In this document: piece after piece, positions 58,271-64,000 of the stretch
Layout of the letters: each line of letters starts with the position of its first letter
Numbering within the stretch: the stretch's first letter is position 1
Source of the DNA: Candidatus Falkowbacteria bacterium
GTDB lineage: Bacteria; Patescibacteriota; Patescibacteriia; CAIXNZ01
Direction: 5' to 3'
Length of the DNA: 64,000 nucleotides
Assembly: GCA_963774955.1 (NCBI GenBank)
Contig: CAVZGV010000003.1
Location: forward strand, 469,695 to 533,694
Position numbers and translations under genes: made by a program
Notes under the pieces: generated by a model
Told to the model about the DNA's origin: nothing
Seen by the model: only the letters and a program-made list of their open reading frames with translations
The model's database searches: none

Positions 58271-59215
58271 ATGAAGAATGGGTTAAAACAACTTAAAGTA
58301 ATCTTTATGGGTACACCTGATTTTAGTGTGCCTTCTTTATTGTCTTTGATAAATAATTCAAACGTCATTGCTGTAGTTACTCAGCCGGATAAGAAAGTTG
58401 GGCGCAAACAGGCAATTACTCCAGCACCTATAAAAAAAGTTGCGTTGGAACATAAAATTGAAGTTTTACAGCCGGAAAAGATTAAAGGCAACGCTAATTT
58501 TGAAAAACAAATTAAAGATTTACAGCCGGATTTAATCGTAGTCGTAGCTTATGGTTTTATATTACCTCAGGAAATTTTAGATATTCCCAAATATGGTGTT
58601 ATAAACGTGCATGCATCGTTACTGCCAAAATATCGCGGCGCTTCCCCTATCCAGTCGGCGATTTTGAACGGCGACCAGGAAACAGGTGTGAGCCTTATGC
58701 TGATTGATGATCAAATGGATCATGGTCCAGTACTTACGCAAGAGTCTCTAAAAATAAATGATAATGATACCTTTGAATCTTTGCATGATAAATTGGCTCA
58801 GTTAGGTGCTGATTTACTGGCTGAAACTTTGCCTAAATATATAAAAGGAAGCATTAAGCCAGTTACTCAAAACGAAAAAGATGCTACTTATTGCCAATTA
58901 ATAAAAAAAGAAGATGGTAAAATTGACTGGACTAAGTCCGCTGAAGAAATTGAACGTCAAGTCAGGGCATTTAACCCTTGGCCAGGCGTTTTTACTTTCT
59001 GGAAAGGTAAACAGTTAAAAGTTATAAAGTCTAAAGTTATAAAGTCTAAGGAACATAATGTTGGAGAAATTTTTAAGGATAATGAAATGTTGGCAGTTGC
59101 TTGCGGTAAAGATACTTTAGAAATACTGGAATTACAAATAGAAGGAAAGAAACAGATGAGCGCAAAGGAATTTTTAAATGGATATTCTGAAATTATTGGA
59201 GCAATTTTAAAGTAA
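58271..59215 (+). CDS. fmt: methionyl-tRNA formyltransferase
   Basis: FMGTPDFSVPSL, NVHASLLPKYRGASPIQ. Contains a 15-bp tandem duplication (KVIKSKVIKS). Confidence 0.9.
   Translation: MKNGLKQLKVIFMGTPDFSVPSLLSLINNSNVIAVVTQPDKKVGRKQAITPAPIKKVALEHKIEVLQPEKIKGNANFEKQIKDLQPDLIVVVAYGFILPQEILDIPKYGVINVHASLLPKYRGASPIQSAILNGDQETGVSLMLIDDQMDHGPVLTQESLKINDNDTFESLHDKLAQLGADLLAETLPKYIKGSIKPVTQNEKDATYCQLIKKEDGKIDWTKSAEEIERQVRAFNPWPGVFTFWKGKQLKVIKSKVIKSKEHNVGEIFKDNEMLAVACGKDTLEILELQIEGKKQMSAKEFLNGYSEIIGAILK
59018..59047 (+). repeat. perfect 15-bp tandem duplication (aaagttataaagtct x2) inside fmt
   Basis: Read directly from the sequence. Encodes KVIKS-KVIKS. Confidence 0.8.
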
Positions 59216-59308
59216 AGCGTTTTTTGTCATACCGACCGAAGCGGAGGTATCCCTTAGTAATTTAGGGATTTCTCGATTTCGCCCGAAATGACAAAAGACA
59301 AAAAGCGC

Positions 59309-59340
59309 AAAAAAATCGCCCCGGTTGGAGCGATTTTTTA
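59309..59340 (-). terminator. terminator after the zinc-ribbon gene
   Basis: ATCGCC...GGAGCGAT stem with a U-run on the minus strand. Confidence 0.5.
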
Positions 59341-59541
59341 GTTTTCACCAATTTTTTGGTACTTTTTCTTGCAAACCGTACAAATACGTACATTAATCTC
59401 ACCTTCTTTGGTATTGATCGTAGTCCTCAGATGACTATTATTACGGTCGCCACAATGGGGACATTGATTACCAATGGCTTTTTTAATGTCATTTTTATGT
59501 TGTAGCCATCTTTTTCTAGGTCTTTTTTTTGCCTGTGCCAA
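59338..59541 (-). CDS. small basic zinc-ribbon protein (67 aa) with a TTG start and a strong Shine-Dalgarno sequence
   Basis: AAGGAGGGA, a 6-nt spacer, then TTG. CPHCG...CTVCKK. The longer ORF to 59667 lacks any RBS. Confidence 0.4.
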   Translation of the reverse strand: MAQAKKRPRKRWLQHKNDIKKAIGNQCPHCGDRNNSHLRTTINTKEGEINVRICTVCKKKYQKIGEN

Positions 59542-59567
59542 TATATCCCTCCTTAAATTATATATTG

Positions 59568-59624
59568 GGAGGAGGCTGGGGTTCCCCGGCACTTCTAGTG
59601 CGATGTTACTCAGCCTCCTCCCCC
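59568..59624 (-). promoter_or_regulatory. 5' leader stem-loop: 12-bp GC-rich stem pairing GGGAGGAGGCUG with CAGCCUCCUCCC, enclosing two mini-hairpins, upstream of the zinc-ribbon gene SD
   Basis: Arms at 59611-59624 and 59568-59579 (forward coordinates). Lies between the promoter and the SD/TTG. Confidence 0.4.
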
Positions 59625-59638
59625 GATGGTACGTAAAA

Positions 59639-59667
59639 ATTTTATTACATAATTTACGGATAGTCAA
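59639..59667 (-). promoter_or_regulatory. promoter TTGACT-17-TAAAAT for the zinc-ribbon gene
   Basis: Minus strand. -35 at 59662-59667. -10 at 59639-59644. Confidence 0.45.
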
Positions 59668-59671
59668 GCGG

Positions 59672-59700
59672 AATTAAAAAGAGGGCTTATTAGGGCCCTC
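59672..59700 (-). terminator. terminator after the CPPR gene
   Basis: GAGGGC-ttattagg-GCCCTC followed by a U-run on the minus strand. Confidence 0.6.
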
Positions 59701-59988
59701 TTACAGATAAAATTTGTCCAATACAGCCTGCATTTTTTGCCGGCCGACCGGATTGGATGTCACCAGGACGATCTGTCCGGGTAAAAATTCAGGATGCTCT
59801 TCCAGCCAGCACAGAAGCTGATAGCCGTTTTTCGGCTCAGGCTGACCCAGATCATGATCCAGGTATAGAACGTCCCAGTTGCCTTCTTTTAAGGCTTTCA
59901 GCCCAGCTTCAAAGGTCCTGGCGATTTGGGTCATGCCATCATATTCCCGCTGGTCGTCAATTAGTAATTTTCTCATATTTTCGCTCAT
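59701..59988 (-). CDS. cyclic-phosphate processing receiver (CPPR) domain protein
   Basis: 95 aa. LYLDHDLG...GYQLLCWLEE...IVLVTSNPVGRQKM matches CPPR family patterns as I recall them. Confidence 0.5.
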   Translation of the reverse strand: MSENMRKLLIDDQREYDGMTQIARTFEAGLKALKEGNWDVLYLDHDLGQPEPKNGYQLLCWLEEHPEFLPGQIVLVTSNPVGRQKMQAVLDKFYL

Positions 59989-60155
59989 GTTCCTACCTCC
60001 TTATAGGCTGTACAGTAATATAAAATATTAACAAATTTATTTAATTTTGTCAAATACCATTTGATTAAGCACCAAATATCAAACCATAAATTACAAATAA
60101 ATCTTAATTTCAAAGTTTCAATATTTAAATTTGTTTATAATTTTAATTTTGCTAT

Positions 60156-61412
60156 TTAAAAATCCTGTTCACAATAAGAAACTTGAGATTCTTTCTCCTC
60201 TACATTTACGGATTTTCTAAAACCCACTCTGTCCGGCGTATTGTCAGCAGTCCCCCACATGGTGCCTGAACAAATTGTGTATTCACCAAATTTATCATTA
60301 ATCTGATCTAATGCCAGAGTCAGATTTTTTTGTTTTGGCGCATAGAATAAATTGAGCTGACCGGAAAAGCGTTGTAATTTAGTGACTGAGACAGCCAGCA
60401 TATAAACCTTGCCTTGGGGCCAATTGGATTCAATAAGTTTATAAGCAGATTTAAAAATATTATGAGTAGTAAACAAAGGTTCTTCTGTTTTATGGCTTTG
60501 CCAAAAACCACCACCGTACTTAAGACTGTAGCCGGCAGTAATGCCCCTGGCTTCCAGTTGGCTTTCCCGCAATCTGCGACCGGTTTTTTCGCATAATTTC
60601 ATTAAAATGGCGCTTAAATATTTGGGATCATTAGTTTGCTTGGGAATGCAATAAGAATGGCCGATTGACTTTGGCAGGATTTCCTCCTGGGTTCTGACGC
60701 CTTCAATTTCAATGCCATTGGCATTGGCCCAGAGATAATAGCCTGGTTTGCCAAGAGATTGCAGCAGATTGGCCACAGGATGCCGCTTGAGGTCATTTAG
60801 GGTAAAGATACCCAATTGGTTTAAACGACGTTCTGTGGCCGCCTTAATGCCCCAGGCTTCAGTGATTTTGACTGACTTAAAGATTTCTTCCATTTTGGGG
60901 ATAGTATCAATAACCAGGTAACTGTCTTTAGGACAGATGTCCGAAGCAAACTTGGCCAGAAAGCGGGTCCAGGACAGGCCGCAGGATGAAGTCAGCCATT
61001 CCCCCACTTCTTTTTTAACTCGCTGTTTAATTGACTGAATTATTTTTTCGCCTTGTTCCCAAGTTTTAATATAACCGGTCAAATCTAAAAAAGCTTCATC
61101 AATACTGTAAGGCTCAATTCTTTCCGTATAGTCGTTAAAAATGCTAAAGATCCTTTCTGTGGTAGAGCGGTACTTGGCCGGTTCATTTTCAATTAAAACC
61201 ACTTCCGGGCATAATTTTTTAGCGTCTTTAACCAGGCACCCTGTTTTAATGCCCAGCTTTTTGGCTTCCTTGGAAGAAGCAATTATACAGCCATTTGGTG
61301 ACATATAGGCAACCACACCCACTGGTTTGCCGCGCAAAAAAGGATTGGCCTGCTGTTCCACAGAGGCAAAGTAGGAGTTCATGTCGATATGTAAAATAAA
61401 GTTATTAGGCAT
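60156..61412 (-). CDS. dinB: Y-family DNA polymerase IV
   Basis: ILHIDMNSYFASVE...IIAS...SIDEAFLDLTG. Confidence 0.8.
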   Translation of the reverse strand: MPNNFILHIDMNSYFASVEQQANPFLRGKPVGVVAYMSPNGCIIASSKEAKKLGIKTGCLVKDAKKLCPEVVLIENEPAKYRSTTERIFSIFNDYTERIEPYSIDEAFLDLTGYIKTWEQGEKIIQSIKQRVKKEVGEWLTSSCGLSWTRFLAKFASDICPKDSYLVIDTIPKMEEIFKSVKITEAWGIKAATERRLNQLGIFTLNDLKRHPVANLLQSLGKPGYYLWANANGIEIEGVRTQEEILPKSIGHSYCIPKQTNDPKYLSAILMKLCEKTGRRLRESQLEARGITAGYSLKYGGGFWQSHKTEEPLFTTHNIFKSAYKLIESNWPQGKVYMLAVSVTKLQRFSGQLNLFYAPKQKNLTLALDQINDKFGEYTICSGTMWGTADNTPDRVGFRKSVNVEEKESQVSYCEQDF

Positions 61413-61449
61413 TGGTAATTAGTAATTGGTTATTGGTAGGGCGAAAACG

Positions 61450-61481
61450 GCTGAATTCGGAATCCAATTCCCAATTGGGAA
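61450..61481. promoter_or_regulatory. perfect 32-bp palindrome GGAATCCAATTCCCAATTGGGAATTGGATTCC between the small ORF and dinB
   Basis: Self-complementary over the full 32 nt. No adjacent U-run on the coding (minus) strand, so not an intrinsic terminator. Confidence 0.5.
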
Positions 61482-61561
61482 TTGGATTCCTTGATGAGAA
61501 CTTTTTTATTTAATACGAATACGTAAAACACTTCTTTCCCTTCTTGCCCGCCTACCCCCTC

Positions 61562-61837
61562 TTACCCTTCTGAATACACCTCCTCAATCCGCCACCTCAA
61601 ATTATTGGTCTCAAAAACCAATTTGAAGTAATTACTCTGGCTGGTCACGGAAAAGTAAACCAACTTGCCATCCCCTGTCCTTTTTTCATAAACCAGGTTA
61701 ATTTTTTCCACTACCCATTTTTTGCCGGCGTACTTAAAAATAAGCGGTTGCGCGCCGTTCTTGGTGAATTTGGTGATGACTTCGATTGGTTCGTTGAGCT
61801 TAGTTAACATATAATCGGAACCACGAAAATTGTGCAC
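61562..61837 (-). CDS. small hypothetical protein upstream of dinB in the same operon (possible YolD-like accessory); start uncertain (GTG at 61837 or ATG at 61810)
   Basis: ORF only. Position immediately upstream of the Y-family polymerase. Confidence 0.3.
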   Translation of the reverse strand: MHNFRGSDYMLTKLNEPIEVITKFTKNGAQPLIFKYAGKKWVVEKINLVYEKRTGDGKLVYFSVTSQSNYFKLVFETNNLRWRIEEVYSEG

Positions 61838-61893
61838 GAAAAATCACTAAAGCCGTTTTTCGTGTGTTTTCGTGATTATAATTTCGTGGTTCG
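61817..61893 (-). promoter_or_regulatory. promoter-operator region: inverted repeat GGAACCACGAAAATT / AATTTCGTGGTTCG enclosing five CACGAAAA / TTTTCGTG copies and a TATAAT box
   Basis: Arms at 61818-61832 and 61880-61893. The internal motifs are read directly from the sequence. Overlaps the 5' end of ORF 61562..61837. Confidence 0.45.
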
Positions 61894-61943
61894 TCCTTCT
61901 ATTATAAGCCGAACAAAAACCGAATGTCAAATAAAGCTGCAAA

Positions 61944-62036
61944 TTTACAAATCAATACAAATAGTTACAAATGTGTTGAACCCTAACTTTATTTGTAATA
62001 ATTTGTAAAAGATTTGTATATTTGTAACAAATACAA
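61944..62036. repeat. array of eight or more TACAAAT / ATTTGTA heptamers in both orientations
   Basis: tttacaaatcaatacaaatagttacaaatg ... tttatttgtaataatttgtaaaagatttgtatatttgtaacaaatac. Confidence 0.5.
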
Positions 62037-62060
62037 AAACATCCCCTTGCGAGGATGTCT
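62030..62060 (-). terminator. terminator after the CxxC-x17-CxxC gene
   Basis: ACATCC-ccttgcga-GGATGT followed by UUUUUGUAUUUG on the minus strand. Confidence 0.5.
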
Positions 62061-62083
62061 TTGGTATCTTGGTAAGTTATAGA

Positions 62084-62299
62084 TTAAAATCTATCTCTTG
62101 AAAAAGATTTCTTCCTATTTCTGTTGCAATCGCGGCAATAAACCGGGCGATCACCAGAAGGTTGGAAAGGTAACTGGGTGATAGGAGCGCTACATTCAGC
62201 GCATTTCAAGTTCAATGCAGTAACATCGAACATTGGTCTTTGTCCACCACCATTGTCACCCTGATAATTTGAATAAGCCATAGTAAGTACTTGTGACAA
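62084..62299 (-). CDS. CxxC-x17-CxxC domain protein
   Basis: CAECSAPITQLPFQPSGDRPVYCRDC. Confidence 0.6.
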   Translation of the reverse strand: MSQVLTMAYSNYQGDNGGGQRPMFDVTALNLKCAECSAPITQLPFQPSGDRPVYCRDCNRNRKKSFSRDRF

Positions 62300-62521
62300 G
62301 GTTTCCCTTGTAAATTTAAATTAATTGGTTTTTGCCTTGCCGACTCAATATCGCTTTGGGCGAATACAAGGACTTAACTTTGACTTATTGAATATTTCGC
62401 TAAGTTTTGAGTTAAAATAACCATTTGCTTACATTATACAGGATTTAAAAGATTCTGTCAATAGTCATGACCAGAGTGCTTAAGCTTGAAAAATTAGCTG
62501 GAATTTGTAAAAATTAAGGGT

Positions 62522-63394
62522 ATGAACTGTAATTTATGCCCTCATAATTGTAATGCTGACCGGATCACTAAATTCGGTGTCTGCCAGGCGCCGCTAGATT
62601 TTAAAATTGCCCATATTCAGCTTCATAATTGGGAAGAACCTTGTATTTCAGGTTCAAATGGTTCTGGTACTATCTTTTTTACACACTGCAATTTAAAATG
62701 TGTCTTTTGCCAAAATTACGAAATTTCTCAATTGGGCCAGGGTAAAATTTTGTCTAAAAATGACTTCTTGGGTCTTTGCCAAAAACTCAAAGAACAAGGA
62801 GCGCATAACTTAAACTTTGTTACCCCGACGGCATATTCTGATTTGCTAATTAAGCTATTGCCGGAAATTAAAGAAAAGACAGGCTTGCCCATTGTCTGGA
62901 ATTCCAATAGCTATGAAAAAGTTGAGACTTTAAAACAATTAAATGGTTTAGTTGATGTTTATTTGCCTGATTTAAAATATGCCGGCAATGATTTGGCGGT
63001 AAAATATTCCCAGGCTCCAAACTACTTCCCTGTTGCTTTAGCCACCATTAAAGAAATGGTCAGCCAAGTCTCTGATATTGAAATTGATGAACAAGGGTTA
63101 ATAACCAAAGGAGTTATTATCCGTCATATGAACTTACCTGGTCATATTGAAGATTCAAGAAAAGTCCTAAAAGCCATTAAAGATAATTTTGGCACTCGAG
63201 TCTGGGTTAGTTTAATGGCCCAATATTACCCTGCTTATAAAGCCAAAGATTATCCTGAAATAAATAAAACCTTAAGTCAGCAGGAATATAAGGAAATTAA
63301 GGAATATTATAATGAATTAGGTTTTGACGGGTATGTGCAGGATTTGAGTTCAGCGACTGAAGAATATACGCCAAAATGGCCGTTGTCACCCTGA
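62522..63394 (+). CDS. radical SAM enzyme, PflA/PflX-like activase family
   Basis: N-terminal Cys cluster CNLCPHNC...GVC. CNLKCVFCQN. Confidence 0.6.
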   Translation: MNCNLCPHNCNADRITKFGVCQAPLDFKIAHIQLHNWEEPCISGSNGSGTIFFTHCNLKCVFCQNYEISQLGQGKILSKNDFLGLCQKLKEQGAHNLNFVTPTAYSDLLIKLLPEIKEKTGLPIVWNSNSYEKVETLKQLNGLVDVYLPDLKYAGNDLAVKYSQAPNYFPVALATIKEMVSQVSDIEIDEQGLITKGVIIRHMNLPGHIEDSRKVLKAIKDNFGTRVWVSLMAQYYPAYKAKDYPEINKTLSQQEYKEIKEYYNELGFDGYVQDLSSATEEYTPKWPLSP

Positions 63395-63530
63395 GCCCTT
63401 CGGCTTCGCTCAGGGCAGGCTCCGTCGAACGGGTGGCGCCGACGGTGTCTATGGTTCGACTATGCTCACCATGACAAGGGATCTTTAAACAAAAAACCCC
63501 GAACGAGTGTCCGGGATTTTTTTATTAAGT

Positions 63531-63803
63531 TTAATCTTTGCCCCAGAATTCATCTGCTTCATTTTCCATTTTCTCCAAGCGGGTGTAATAATCGGCAAAT
63601 TCGTTTAAATGCGCTAAGGCAATTTTACCGGTCATAATAGGATCATCATTGGTCACATTGGTACTGGGGCTGACTGTGCCGTGTTCCAATTCCACATCCA
63701 GGCCCATGCGAAATTGCTCAACGTCCCATTTTGACCAATCAATACCCAATTTGGCGCCGATTTCTTCTGCTTGTTCAGCAGTAAAGACTTTTTTTTCTGA
63801 CAT
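63531..63803 (-). CDS. small acidic hypothetical protein
   Basis: ORF with ATG start. No recognisable motif. Confidence 0.4.
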   Translation of the reverse strand: MSEKKVFTAEQAEEIGAKLGIDWSKWDVEQFRMGLDVELEHGTVSPSTNVTNDDPIMTGKIALAHLNEFADYYTRLEKMENEADEFWGKD

Positions 63804-63807
63804 AATT

Positions 63808-64000
63808 TTATTTATTTAGATAATAAATATTCATGGCCAAAAAAGTGGCAAAGGCCACCCAGGCAGCATAAGGTAAAAGCAAACCGGCTGCCAAGCGGGA
63901 CAATGGCCAAGCCAAAATTATGATGGCGATTGTTGAGGCTTCCAAAAATATCATTTCAAAGATTGATGCCAGAATCATATGCTGGTTAAAAAACAGTAAG
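63808..64000 (-). CDS. TspO/MBR-family membrane protein, C-terminal part (N-terminus beyond window)
   Basis: Open frame to the window end. Ends ...GLLLPYAAWVAFATFLAMNIYYLNK*, resembling the TspO C-terminus. Confidence 0.45.
   Translation of the reverse strand, partial: LLFFNQHMILASIFEMIFLEASTIAIIILAWPLSRLAAGLLLPYAAWVAFATFLAMNIYYLNK

Noticed and set aside
59542-59667. Longer 109-aa version of the zinc-ribbon ORF starting at TTG 59667
   Set aside because: Its first 40 codons overlap the promoter and the leader hairpin and have no RBS. A canonical SD plus TTG is present at 59541.
63395-63480. Possible tRNA in the GC-rich stretch (GGTTCGACT looked like a T-loop)
   Set aside because: No 5-bp T-stem flanks the putative loop. 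No acceptor or anticodon stems can be built on either strand.

Overview
This is an AT-rich bacterial chromosomal segment with tightly packed genes, many of them overlapping. The gene content points to an organism similar to Candidate Phyla Radiation / Patescibacteria bacteria; this is an inference, and it may be an episymbiont. The inference rests on minimal-type tRNA synthetases, a four-helix-bundle protein, a CxxC-x17-CxxC protein, giant secreted or anchored surface proteins, and the absence of any outer-membrane machinery in the window.

Main contents by region:
- 1-20.1 kb: a large cell-surface locus. It holds a partial FnIII/dockerin-like protein, an Ig-repeat anchored protein, six secreted proteins sharing a novel C-terminal domain that ends in ...VVGNF-COOH (two carry double Kelch propellers), a DUF916-like membrane-anchored protein, a small anchored protein, and an N-anchored triple-LamG giant protein.
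- 20-35 kb: housekeeping genes. These are FtsB-like, DUF721, proS, mreBCD with PBP2, greA, lysS (frameshifted), an HD-domain protein, a PurF-like amidotransferase, serS, an FtsQ-like protein and a Xer-type tyrosine recombinase.
- 35.4-41 kb, minus strand: an operon of three paralogous proteins. Each has a signal peptide, a conserved two-TM (VirB2/TrbC-like) hairpin and a different peptidoglycan hydrolase domain (one SLT, two M15). The operon also contains a small membrane protein and an EnvC-like M23 peptidase.
- 41-64 kb: gltX, a WecB/TagA-Nudix fusion, an FG-GAP/L,D-transpeptidase, the AmmeMemoRadiSam components (radical SAM, Memo-like, AMMECR1), a class III nucleotidyl cyclase, clpB with CIRCE, a PriA-like protein, tandem NYN-domain proteins, def-fmt, a Zn-ribbon mini-protein with a structured leader, a cyclic-phosphate processing receiver (CPPR) protein, dinB with palindromic operators, a CxxC-x17-CxxC protein, a second radical SAM enzyme and a partial TspO.

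I found no rRNA, tRNA or CRISPR array that I can support. lysS, clpB (three times) and one Kelch paralog are each interrupted by single-base insertions; I read these as likely sequencing errors rather than gene decay.
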